Positions 1 to 12,814 of a DNA stretch of 64,000 bases are shown here, piece after piece (position 1 is the first letter of the stretch; every line of letters starts with the position of its first letter). The stretch is from contig OZ059896.1 in NCBI GenBank assembly GCA_964057225.1, positions 14,074,001 through 14,138,000 of the forward strand, given 5' to 3'. The DNA comes from Auanema rhodensis (lineage: Eukaryota; Animalia; Nematoda). The notes beneath the pieces are model-generated. The model did no database searches and had not been told where the DNA came from. It saw only the letters and a list, made by a program, of their open reading frames with translations. The translations under genes were made by a program, and so were the position numbers.

Positions 1-1838
1 GAATTAATAGAATTAAAGATTAATATTTATAGGAATAGTGTTGAAGTAAATATTGATATGCTTTAATTATTTCTGATGGAAATACGGTATACAGGAACAC
101 CGGAACAGAAAAAATACAAGTGATTTTTAATTTAGTGGAATTTTCTAAATAGATTCTTATATTGCTCTTCAATAGGAGATGTTTTTTCTGAATCCTCATG
201 TGTTTTAGCCATCATGTCTCTTCTGGGATCACCGAGAAACGTGGGTTTGACGCGGTCTTGTGCAGAGTGTGGCTTTTCTTCCATGTTGGCAACAAATCTT
301 AACAAATTTCAATTAAAATTCATAAATAAGAATACAAGAGGTTGATTAGACGATGTTTATGAAGTAGTTTCAACAGCGCAGCTTATATGCAACTATATGT
401 TTACATGTACTTATAATCAAAAATCAAAGATAAACTCTGTAAATATTTCTTCAGAATAACGAACGTTAAATATGTATATACTGAATGTATGCTCACTCAT
501 TTAAAATAGAAAGAAGAAACTCATAGAAGAGTGAACACGTGCTAATGAAAAATATTTATCAGGAAGATTATAAAAAGCAAAATGATCTCTGATGTATGTA
601 AACCAAAAACACGAATCAAAGTTTCCATTCATCACTGTCGTTAAACTTGTTGAAAATCATATAATCATTTAATCATCTCGTTTAAAAACGGGAGGATCAA
701 AATATGGATTCGTATATGGATTGTGGTTTGGGTTCTCGTTCCTTCATAGATAAAGGAGGAAATAAAGGTTTGTTAAACATAAGGGAAAGTATTTCTTTTA
801 TCTTCATAGGGTTGTTTACTATATAGTTGATTCCCCGTATCTATAAAAATTCAAAAAAAAAATCAGCAATAATTGAAAGTAGTTAGTAATAATGAATGTT
901 ATATCGTAATTCATACAATCAAGTTTTAACAGTTTATGTACATTACATATGTATATGTACTTCTAATCAATAGAATAATTCTAAAAATATTTGTTAAAAA
1001 GTTATTTCTGAGCAAAGTATTAAATATGTTTAATAGAAGATTATGTATGATAGAACTCAGTGATCACTATCATAGTATGTGTATAAATCATCTTCTCAAC
1101 GACAAAATTCGAAAAATTCATCAGTCCTAGAACGATAATCGCTGTCAGCATCTATCAGGTTTAGATCAGGACAAAAGAAAAAGGAGCAAAAGCCGTCATC
1201 CATCTCAAAACAGCTGAATTCTCTAATAAGTTGTATGTCATACGTTCGAAGAAAATTTTAAAATATAAAATATTTAAAAACACTCATGAATGTAACAGTT
1301 TTTAAAAAAAATATGAATATATTTACATATACTTATTATCAAAAACAATAAATTTCTAAATACATCTCCATAAAAATATGAAAGAGTCACCACGTGAATT
1401 TTGCGCTATTTTCGTATCTTATTATTGAAGCTGTTAAAATAATAACAAGTGATTAACTTAAAATATTTATTTTTTGGACGAAATAGACAAGAATATCAGA
1501 AAAGAATGAATTTATCTCCGATTGAAGTATTTGTACCAGAATATATCTCCCGTAGGAGAGTCGTGTATCCAACTTGGTGTAGTAGGAGGAGAAATGTGAG
1601 GTTCATTTCTGCTTGTAGCAGGATTTACTGGAAGCCGCGGGTTCATCCGATCATCCATTGTAGGTATTCAATTCTATAATAATTGGAATTAGAAAATAAA
1701 TAAGTTAAACAGAAAGTGAAAATGGTAAAACTGATTATATTTATAAACAAAAACTGAAATAGCAAAGCTTATATACATCATCCTATTTACATACCCTTAT
1801 AATCAAAAATGATAATATTTAAAAGTTTTATTTATAGC

Positions 1839-3358
1839 TTATATAAAGTCATAGTCATGATCTTGCGGATTTCTGTCATCTCTGAATGGTAGAATTCGAG
1901 GTTCTCCCAGACGAGGAGGCGACCTATCTCTCAGTATTTCTCCTGAATAAGGTCTGAATATATAGGGATTGAATGGCTGTCTATAATCGAATGGGTGATG
2001 GTCATGACGAGAAGATTCCATTTCTCGAGCCTAAAAAAATGAAAGTACAGTAATAAAGTGTGCAATGCTCACATGTCGACGCCTTTCTTCCAGTTGTTGT
2101 TGCTTATTCTTTGCACATTGGATATAACGCAAGCGAAATCGTAGAGCACTATTTGTTCTCGAGATATCATCATCAGAATAGTCCCTGTAAATAAATACTT
2201 TTAATTAAAAATATATTTTCAAATCATGTACTCATAGAGCCTTTTCTTCCACAACCGCGTATCTAACTCTTGTGATGTGATAATGTTATTTAGAGTTTGG
2301 TTAACTGCCCCCAATTTAGCAATACTTGCAGTATTCAAGTATTGTAGCACTAAATCGCTGATAAGTGAGATTTGCATAACTTGGGTTAAAGTTGGATGTC
2401 CTATGCCTAAACAGCTTTGAAAATTATTCAAAATTCGAAATGTTCTCACCAGATGTAGTTAGAGCTTTAATAATATTATCTCTCACGCACTCATCCATTC
2501 CACAAGGAAAAATTTGGAATGATGTTATCAGGATACGCGAAAAATCTTATAGCAAAAAAGGTTAAAGCATATTTAAAACTATAAAAAACCTTTCAAACGG
2601 AACATATCAACTTGTGCTGTTACATTAAGATCAGAAAAAACCAAACAGACTATAGAGATTAGATCATTACCAAGATAAGAAACTAATTTCTGATCAGTGT
2701 TTTTTGCTCTATATGTTAGTTCGAAGCCTGAGCATACTCGACTCGTCCATGATTGCATGCCTTCTAACTTGAATGAAACCTCTATGTTCATACTCATATG
2801 CAAAAGGAAATACTCACTAAGAAATCGTTCAGTTCCATACACTTCGAAAGTGATTTACGCACTGACTCCATGAACAGACGCCAATCCATATTAACTTGGT
2901 TGGACTGGCATGCTGAAGAGTTTGTTGAATTAGAACAAGAATCCTGAATTGCAATTCGGGCCACAGGGAGATCTTGAGCAGGTTGTTCGATTGGGGCAGG
3001 CTCCAATCTAGGTTGTTTAACAGTTGCAGATACCTCCATTCTGTAATTGCTTCTGTAATTTCAAAAATAACCTGAATAAAAACTCTTCATCTAAGTTGAC
3101 AAAAAGCCTCTCCCCATCAACTATATCCAAATTTGCAAGAAGACATGCATCACGAGAATAATCCAACTCAAAGTCTCCACGAAAAATTTTAAAATTGCTT
3201 GAAACACTTAATTAAAAGAAATTCTTAATAATTTTGACGTACCCGGATCCAAGAGTCTGTGATATTTCATTTCTCAAATCATGCAATGTGGCCTCATGAT
3301 CGAATTGTAAAACTACAGGCGTTGTTGTTGAGCCTCTTATTTTATAGGAAATTTTCAT
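1839..3358 (-). CDS. FBXO7/nutcracker-like F-box protein (Ubl domain, central region, F-box, Pro-rich tail); multi-exon
   Basis: ATG at 3358 directly after a tttaag acceptor. Ubl-like N-terminus MKISYKIRGSTTTPVVLQFDHEATLHDLRNEISQTLG...LLANLDIVDGERLFV; F-box LISDLVLQYLNTASIAKLGAVNQTLNNII..LWK; Pro-rich last exon ending DHDYDFI* at 1839. Domain order matches FBXO7; orthology is inferred. Confidence 0.72.
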
Positions 3359-3497
3359 CTTAAATTATCTCAAACGTAAATACATCAAAGCTAGAAATAT
3401 GTAAGAAAGTGAAAACTTTATATTCAACTCATTTGATGAAAATAATTTTATAAAACATTAACAAAGTAACAAACATAACAAAGTAACAACAATACAC

Positions 3498-5821
3498 CTA
3501 CGCTTCAAGCTGTGTTTCAATCTGTTCTTCAACATTGTTTTCTTGTTCTTCTTCACACTTAGAAGATACATTAGATACCCCGGATAGCTAAAATAAGGAT
3601 AAGGTTTCCGATAAAGTTAGATTAACTCACTTCTTTCATATTTTTCTTGCCCATATCTATTCCGGTAATTTCTCGTAGGCAAACGGTTGCATATACTCCT
3701 TGAGTAAGACTAAATTTAACTTGCAGGGCTAATAATGGTCCTTCCTGTTGTTCCACTGGAATTGCTTTTGTATCAATTCCTGGCTGTAAAACAACAGGTT
3801 TAACAAGTATATAATAACTATTTAAGATACTTGAAGATATGATCTTGGGTCTGTATAGTTAATGAAGCTCCAACTCATATCTTTTGGCTGAATTAGAAGA
3901 GAACGGTTGAACTCTCCCAAAGCAAATCGACTATAATAAAAAAACTTTCATAATATAATTAACAACTCAGCCAACTCTTCAAGGCTTGTAAAAGAGTTGA
4001 AAGTTAATTTGTCATTGTCCAACATTTCTTTGTACCATTCAGAAACTAAAAATCAAATTTGAATTACAACCATATATTTCAAAAATACCATAATTAGATT
4101 CGTACGATTCATTCACTCCAGGGAGAGGGATGTACACATTGAAAATTGATGAAGAAGAAGGATCAAGGAACTTTCCATTCTCTCCAATATCATCTTTTTG
4201 AACCTCGTGCCTACCTTCACGTATTCTTCGTGATGCAACCTTAAGGAAGATTAAAGATAATTTTGCATCATATAGTGATAATGTACCCTATTCCATAAAA
4301 GTGACTGATAAGCATGGACATAAAGACTTCTCATGTTTACTGGTATGGCATCAGTAATACACTGAAAATAATCATTAAGAAAATTATTAAGGAGTAAACA
4401 AAACCTGCTGCCAAGTACCACCCTTGGAGAGACAACGAAGAATTCCAGCCTCTACTGTGGCATAAGCTTGTCCTCCTCTCAGGCATTTGAATGCTTCGCG
4501 AGCATCGTTTGTCTTTTTAAAAGCTCGAAGAGCATAACCAACAGATCCCATATATGCTGAGATGAATAGATATTTTTTGTTTACTATGTATTACGTACAA
4601 GGTAAGTTAGCCGCATCTAAAATTTGTCTGACAGCCTCCTCCCAATTTCTTTGCAGTATAGATAAACCTATCTTAGCAGTATTGGTATCACAAGATCCAA
4701 ATCTTTGGGTTCCTGAACATATTGAAACTTAGAAGAAATTGCGAAACATATGACTGACCGTAATAGTTGATGAAACCATTTTTTGAGATTTCGTTTAATC
4801 GTGTCTCTAGCACATCTTTGTTTTCGGAATCAATATTTCTGAAATAAAAAAAAACTGATATACCGCCCTTTAAAACAATCTACCGTAAAATAATGGAAAA
4901 CCTATTTCCCCAGTGTCCACCCATTTTAACTTCGGTATCCTTGTATTCAAAATCATAAACCCGGAATCCTCTTAATCTTTTATTCAAAGCAAATATTCTT
5001 TCCTAGAAAATATTACTATATGGTAAAAACTGAAAAATGGAAAACCTTTTCAATTCTGTTACAGCTAACTCTTTGCGTTGTAACAGCACGTCTATCTTTA
5101 ATACCATGAGTTCGGAAAATTCCAGGCTTAACACTGAAATAGTATATTATTTGGAGCAATAGATAAGAAGTGAAACTTTAAAAATTGGCCAAGAACACCT
5201 AAAGCATAGCTTGTGTCTTTATTCTCTTTCGCCAATGTAAAGTGACAATAGTCAGGAGTATCTGCATGCCAACGCTTACGTTTTCTTAACAAATCCAAAT
5301 ATTATGAATTGATGTAAATGAGACACACCTGTTATTTTCATTAGAGAATAAGATAACAATATCATTATCTTTAGTTTCTGATTGCAATTTACCATGAAAA
5401 CGGAGCCGAATAAACTCATGAATGGATTTTCTTTCATCTTTCGAAAGGCCCTATGAAAGAAAAAAAAAGAATTAATTTGGATTAAAACATACTTCAGTGG
5501 ATATACTGAATTTCTTATTTCCTTCAGTTCCTAACAAACTGATCTCATCTAATTGTTCTTGAGATATGCACGAAGGTAGTGGAACAGATTGATCAGGTTC
5601 CTTGTTCTCCTCTTCCTTACATTGGGAAAATATTTCTTCTTCAGAAGCTATTCTTAAAACTTCTTCATTCTCTATAAGAAATATTCAAGATAAATATGGA
5701 GAATTTAAAACATACGAAGTATTTCTTGAACTATGAAGTCAGAATATAACTCCTTCAATATACATGGAATTTTAATTGATCTTTCTCCAACGAACTCTTC
5801 TATTCCAAAATCTACCTCCAT
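3498..5821 (-). CDS. PUS7: Pseudouridine synthase 7 (TruD family); multi-exon
   Basis: Starts MEVDFGIEEFVG..ILKELYSDFIVQE. TruD motifs GIKDRRAVTTQ (catalytic Asp), LGGHWGNRFSIILR, GFINYYGTQRFG, LYVHAYQSLLWN, YATVCLRE. TAG at 3498-3500. Confidence 0.95.
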
Positions 5822-6129
5822 ATCTGAATAACTTAATTTTGTTCAACTTAGTTCAATGAAAAAAATTATATTTAAAAAGTTTCGAAATTCTACATTCAAA
5901 TCTTCCAATAAAAAAGGAGATATCTGAATGTCCCAATGACAATAAAATTTGACCCATCGCTCACCGCTCATCACTTAGCGGGAAAAAATAAACTTCAAAA
6001 AGAAGAGCATATCTGTTCCTTCAGCTTCGTCGTATGATTTACAGATGAATAATTCAAATAAGCTTATATATCTGGTTCTAAATATGATTTTCATGTTTAT
6101 AAACGTATTTATATCGTTTTTTTCTAGAG
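5822..6129. promoter_or_regulatory. Bidirectional promoter between PUS7 and ASPM with E2F-like and CHR-like sites
   Basis: Divergent ATGs are ~310 bp apart. GCGGGAAA at 5978-5985, TTCAAA at 5994-5999, TTCGAA at 5881-5886. Confidence 0.55.
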
Positions 6130-9100
6130 ATGTCAGGAACCATTGAAAAAACTACTGAAAAAAGTAGGAGACAGTTACGGTAGCACATGAAACAAGTGTT
6201 CAAATTTTTTTAATTTCTTTTGTTAAGCTTCAATAATGTAGTAGATGAACAACCTTATCAATCTTTTTCTGATGATGAAGATATGCCATTAAAAAAAGTT
6301 CCTGATGAAGTAGGATTCTAGTACCAATTTGAGCTTATTTCCTAATGCTTTGCAGAACTTGTTTCGTGTTCCTCTACCTCCAAAACAAATGTCTGTACGA
6401 GAGCCAATGTTGACTAAGACTAATACTAATACTTTTGTGAATAATTTTTCGGTAATTTTTTTCCATTTATTTATACATTAATTTATCTTTATAGGCTGGT
6501 ATTTGCGACGAGGATGGGACTAGAGATAAGTACTTACAAAAGATGAAGAAACTAGAAGCACGCAGATCGAAAACATTACTAGATCGCCGTAAACTAAATC
6601 GAAAATATATCAGGATAATTGTTTTTTCAGAAGCTAAAAAGGGAAAAGAAATTGAGAATTCCACGAAAAAAGTAGATATCAGTTTATCAGAGCAGTCATT
6701 TTTAGGATCATTAAATCAATTGCCAACCCAGGTAATAGCTATAACAGTGCATTTTTGTTGAGCTATAGCTTAGGTGCACTCAGCAGACTTAAGAATATCA
6801 GATGTATCTTCGATTCATCCCTTTGAATCCAGTTTTAATCTTGCTAACGATAGAAATGCGTTTGGTCCAGGTACCAAACTGTCAAATTTTTTTGTATAAT
6901 TCATTTTAAAGTTTCTTCCACTCCTTTCCGAGAGCCGGCTCCTCATAGGATACGCCAACAAGAAGCTACTCCTCAAGCTGCTCCTCATAAAATACGCCAA
7001 CAAGAAGCTACTCCTCAAGCAGCTCCTCCTCCTGTAGTATCCACAGTTCCTCAAACAGCTTCTGTTGCGACTCCTCAAGATGTAAGTTCAGTAAAAATAG
7101 CTTCAGATATTTTTTATCTATGCAGGTTTCTATTTTGTATGAAACATACGAAGAAAAACTTAACCGTCAAATGAAAGCTTTGAGTATTTGGTGTAACATT
7201 ATTTTAAAATGTGATTTAGAAGTAGCTGAAATAGATTTAGGAAAGTCTAAGAAAGGTAATTATACAATAGTTCTTGTTATGCTGTTCTCGTTATCCAGAG
7301 GCTGATCAAAAATTGCAAGATTTGCTCACAAAACCGTCAAAATTTGAGCAAGCTAGCCAGGAAGTTTCGAAGAAATTTTCATATCGTGATTTTCTGAAAA
7401 AACAAGAGCGAGCTTTGCTCAAAGAAAAGTATGTTTTATACGAATCTGTTTGCCATGGAATTTGATTTTCTTAAGAGCCATGAAATGCTATGTAACTACT
7501 GATATACCAGTTAGAATTCGAGAGATGATTTCTCGAAAAGTAGTCGCTATTCGTGATGACTGTGGTGTATACTGTAATATAAGTAAGATTTCTTCTCTAA
7601 TAGAATTATTCATTTCCATGTTAAGGTTTAATGAAAACTTTACTTCGCGTTTTCTTATCATTCAATCCCATGTGGCTTCATCTTGGTCTTGAAACTAGTA
7701 AGAAAGTCTTCAAGAAATGATTTCAAATTTTTTGATATTCAGTTTTCAATGAAACAATTGACATTGGTGATGGGGAGCATTATGCTGCAGTTGTATCCAA
7801 GTTTATATCTTCGCGCTTGTTTACTGATCCTAATATCATGAAAAATAAGAAATTTGCTCAAGGCACTGTTAAGTGAGTTCTGATCTCTTCCAAGATAAAT
7901 GGTATTAAAAATTCAGAATGTTGGTTACGCCAGCTGGACGCGAAGCTTTGCATACACATTTCCTTACATATTCCTGCCAATTCTTCTTCTTTGTTGAATT
8001 TGCGAAGTCAGCTGCTCTTCTTGAACACAATCCCAGAATGTTCAACAAATCTTCAACCTACAGAGTATGCGAACTAGTAATTTATTTTCCACATTTGAAT
8101 TTACAGTGCTTGGAAGATGTGTTTGCCGAATTTTCTCGTGAGATTCTCTCTGCAAGTTCTTTACCACTTCATAAAGCTCTGGCCAAAGTGGGATTCAAAC
8201 CCACATTCAAACAAGTTAATTCTATTAAAATGCATATATTCCGAAAATTTGTTTTAGGGATTCTTGGATAATTTTGACTATAGAGTGAATGGTTTCAATG
8301 ATTTATGTGATGGAGTTGTGCTTGGGTTTGCTTATCAAGGCATTACAAATATTAGTCATTTATTTCAGAAAGTTGATTGAAATTATTGCTCATATTAACC
8401 ATGTGACAACAAAAATGAGAGAACCAAAAGGAGACCGTCTACGTAAGATTGGAAACGTTAAGGTGGTTTTTGAAGCAGCTAAACAGAGTGGATTTGATCT
8501 TGGAGGTATTCAATTGTTATTCCATTACTTTTTATTATAAATACGTATTTTAAGCCTTAAAACCTGAAACAATTGTTGCTTGTAATAAGGAATCCATTCT
8601 GGAAATGCTTTGGAGACTTGTGGGAGTTTATGTGGTTAGTTCTAACCTCGCTAAATGCTTTAGTAAATAGAAAAGTTTCAGCTTGAATCCAGACAAGCAG
8701 ATCTACGTCGTCTATCCTTGGATCTTGAAAATAGAAGACTCAGTAGTTTCGGATGTGTCTCTGAAAACTCGACTCCAGATGAATTAGTGCTACATATTTG
8801 CCAACAAATCGGAGATGCTTTAGGCATTCAGGTACATTTGAAATATACCTTAATAAATTAAGTAATTTTGTTTAGGTTCTTACTATTGATGATCTGAAGG
8901 ATGGTAGATTATTAGCTGGTGCTTGGAGGTTATATAATCCGACAGCTCCCGATGTTACATTCTACCCTGGAGGTAATCTGTACAAACAGGTTGTAGCTGC
9001 GGTTAGTTTTGATTGTTTTACTTTTCTTAACGTGAAATGCTATTCAGGCTGAATCTGAGCTTGATGTTCCTATCGGACTGCAAGGAGCTGTTCAACTTTT

Positions 9101-12100
9101 TGCATATATGTATCTTACTCGGCTGTTCGATCATCACCGAATTCATTCTGCAGCAACTAGAATTCAAAAAGCTTTTCGTTCGTATCGATTCTTAAAGCTT
9201 ATGAAGGTTTTTTATTTAACACTTTTATGTAAATATTTTTTAATTTTAGGAATGTATTGCTCATGGACGAACATCTTCCATTCAGCACAGCTATCAGTTA
9301 GACCAAAGTGAGATTCAGAGAACTTATATCATTCAAGAACAAGAGCAAGAGTGTGCTGCTACCCTTCTCCAACTGTCTGAAGTAATTCTTTATATTCTGA
9401 ATTTTGAACCGCATTTCTATTTCAGTCCTTCGTTCCAAAATACTCGGAATCACCAAATTATGAAACCATAATTGTAGATGAGAAGTGCGTTTAGATTTGA
9501 CTAACTATATGTACGATAAATTTTCAGTTCTGAATCTAAACCTAATATACATGATAATTCGATCGATTTGATTGAAGAAGAAGTAATTGAAGAAGTGGAT
9601 AGCATAGATTATGAGAAATACGCCAAACGGATTCAAGTGAGTTGCAAGAACTATGATTGTATATTATCCCTTTTCTAGTTTATATTGCTTAAATTTCTGT
9701 TTATATTAATTCTTTTCTTTCACATATGTTGTAGGCCGCTGTTCGTGGATGGTTAGTAAGACGAAAGAATATTTTTGCAATGATGAGAGATAAACGAATC
9801 CAACAAAATAATGCAGTAATCCAAGTACAGGTATGCTTGAAATTTCTGTAAATTTCGTTTCACCTTTCTCGTAGGCTTTATGCAGAGGATGGTTGGTTCG
9901 TCGCCGTAATGTTCTTGCTGAGTTGAGAAAAGCTAGGCAACTTCAGAATGCTTCTGCCGTAAAAATACAGGTTAGTTTAAGAAATTATCACAGTGTATGC
10001 AGCTGATTGTGCAATTTTATCTTAAATGATTCTGACGTGCACTTCAAACGTCAAATTAGTTTTTTATTTTTTCAGTCCAAAGTCAAAATTTTTAAATTGT
10101 TTAACCCAATTGATGTAATCAAAGTTAAATTTTCTGTTTTCAAGAGCTATGTCAGAGGTTGGCTAGTAAGACGGCGTAATGTGATTGAACTGCTCCGAGA
10201 ACAGTTTATGATCGAAGAGAGAAAGAGAATGGCTGCAGCTATCCTGATTCAGGTAATAATTTTTTTTTAATATTCTAATATGAAAGATTCAGTCTTGTAT
10301 ACGTGGGTGGATCATTCGTCGTATGAAACTTATTACTAACATGAAAAACGATAAACTTTTAAAAGAAGAAGCTCGTACTAGAGCCGCATTAAAAATTCAG
10401 GTATTACTTTTTATCTGTCTTTTTTTTTCGCAAACGGTTGTTCAGGCTTTGGTGAGAGGTTGGAAAGCAAGACAATTATTCGCTACTCTCAAAGCTGAAA
10501 CAAGAAGAATACGACTCGAGGAAGAAGCTCGAGAAGCTGAACGTCTTAGACTCGAGGAACAAGCTCGAGAAGCTGAACGTCTTAGACTCGAGGAAGCGGC
10601 TCGGGAAGCTGAACGTTTAAGATTAGAAGAAGAGGCTCTAGAAGCTGAACGTATTAGACTCGAGGAAGAAGCTCGAGTAGCTGAACGTATCAGACTCGAG
10701 GAAGAGGCTCGGGAAGCTGAAAGGCTCAGACTTGAAGTTGAAGCTCGCGAAGTCGAACGCATCAGACTCGAGGAAGCGGCTCGGGAAGCTGAACGTTTAA
10801 GATTAGAAGAAGAGGCTCGAGAAGCTGAACGTATTAGACTCGAAGAAGAAGCTCGAGAAGCGGAACGTATCAGATTCGAGGAAGAAGCTCGTGAAGCCGA
10901 ATGTATCCGACTCGAGGAAGAAGCTCGAGAAGCTGAAAGACTGAGACTTGAAGAAGAAAAGCGAGAAGCCGAAAGACTCAAATTGGAAGAGGAGGAGCGG
11001 GAGGCGGAGAGACTGAGACTTGAAGAAGAGGCTCGAGAAGCTGAGCGTTTAAGATTAGAAGAAGAGACTCGAGAAGCTGACAGGTTAAGGCTGGAAGAAG
11101 AAGCACGAGAAGCCGAACGTATTCGACTGGAAGAAGAAGCTCGTGAAGCCGAACGTATCCGACTCGAGGAAGAAGCTCGAGAAGCTGAAAGGCTGAGACT
11201 TGAAGAAGAAGAGCGAGAAGCCGAAAGACTGAAATTGGAAGAAGAAGAGCGAGAAGCCGAAAGACTGAAATTGGAAGAAGAGGAGCGGGAAGCGGAGAGA
11301 TTGAGACTTGAAGAAGAGGCTCAAGAAGCTGAACGTTTAAGATTAGAAGTAGAGGCTCGAGAAGCTGAACGTCTTCGACTTGAACAAGAGAGATTAAAAC
11401 TCGAAGAAGAGACTCGTGAAGCTGAACGCATTCGATTAGAGGAAGAAGCACGTAATGCTGCGGAGCTTGAAGTTCTCAGAGAATCTTCTGCGATTACTAT
11501 TCAAGTAAACTTTACATTTTACTTTTATTTTTTTAAATTACTATATTCTAATCTTCAGAAACAATTCCGTGGATGGCTTGTACGTAAAGATAATAAGTTG
11601 GCCAAAGACACGTTTGAACAGTATACTGTTGACCGAAAAATTTTTGAGGAAGAAAACAAGAAGGAACAGTGCTCCGTTGAAGTTTCACATATATCATTTA
11701 TATATTTTAATTTGTGTTCATTTAGGATATGATCTCTCTGCGTTATATATATGAAAGCGTACGAAAACTTAAAAGAGAGCAAAAGACAATCGCCCGTATT
11801 CTTGAGGTATTTCATTATAAATTATAATTTTAAAGTTTCATTGCTTCATGTTTAATAGGATTTAAAACAAAAAGCCCGTGAGAAGAAATTGGCATCTTAT
11901 CGTGTTTCAGCTGATAAAGCCGCACTTATGATTCAGGTATCATCTTTTTATATTAATTCTTTATATATGTATATAATGTTAAGCGTTGGTATCGTGGTGC
12001 TAGAGTCAGAAAGTTGTATCGTGATGAATTGAGAAAACGTTTCGAGTTAATGCAATTTTATCATCAAATGGTATTTGAACAGAATGGTGAAGAAGAACAG

Positions 12101-12814
12101 CTTAAGTTTAAATCTGCACGTGAAAGGTTACTACAAGCATACTTATCTATATATTTTTTTTTTTTCAGATTAACTATGTACTCTGAATACTTATTCGATG
12201 AGCGTATGTACGCTAAAAAAGTGGGAGCATATGGAATTAGTACGTTTAAAAAGTTTTTCTCTATTTCATGAGTATTTGTTTGAAGATCGTTTATCATCAC
12301 TTACCCCTTATTTCTTAATTGAATTTGTGGATAAGATGCAAGGGGTGGCTGTATTACTTGATGCCATTGAAAACCTGGATCGTGGAATGTCTAGTATTGA
12401 AGTTCTTGAAATCTTATCGGAAACATTATCTCGTGTAACTCAGGTACTATTAATGGACTTCATTAAATGAAAATATTTTCATATTTCAGTGCCGTGATCT
12501 TCGTGTTCATGAACCTTTAGTTCAGCTTGGCGAAGATTGTGTCAAGATAATGCTTCACATTTTCCATGCACATTACAAAAATACAAATATTACAACAAAT
12601 GCAGCTAAAGGACTTGTAGCATTGCATGCACGACCACATTTCAAGGGATATTTCACCAAGTTACCATTCTATGTTAAAAGTGCCCAAAGAAGGTAATAGT
12701 TTTAATGTGGCAAATTGTGAACTGATTCTTTTTTCTTGCAGATTTGAACGATATCCACCAGATTCACAGGAAGCTAAAAATTTGCATATGCTGCAGAAGT
12801 TACTTGAAAGTTAA
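6130..12814 (+). CDS. aspm-1: Abnormal spindle-like protein (CH domains, IQ motifs, helical C-terminus); multi-exon
   Basis: ASPM-type blocks [32 protein letters not shown] and [19 protein letters not shown] (CH). At least 8 IQ motifs ([24 protein letters not shown], etc.). ATG at 6130 after a ttctag acceptor; TAA at 12812-12814. Confidence 0.9.
6938..7028 (+). repeat. 42-bp coding tandem repeat (~2.2 copies; APH[R/K][10 protein letters not shown]) in an ASPM exon
   Basis: Near-identical units start at 6938, 6980 and 7022. Confidence 0.85.
10506..11465 (+). repeat. 36-bp coding minisatellite, ~26 copies of R[L/I][10 protein letters not shown], within ASPM
   Basis: Visible in ORF 10323..11732: 24 full units, one 7-aa partial unit, then 2 more units. 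Confidence 0.97.

Noticed and set aside
10442-11451. Antisense ORFs (179, 157 and 79 aa) over the ASPM repeat
   Set aside because: They are shadow frames of the 36-bp coding repeat, with no splice signals or independent features.
10506-11465. 36-bp periodicity as a CRISPR array
   Set aside because: Units are contiguous, have no unique spacers, vary at synonymous sites and lie in a eukaryotic exon.
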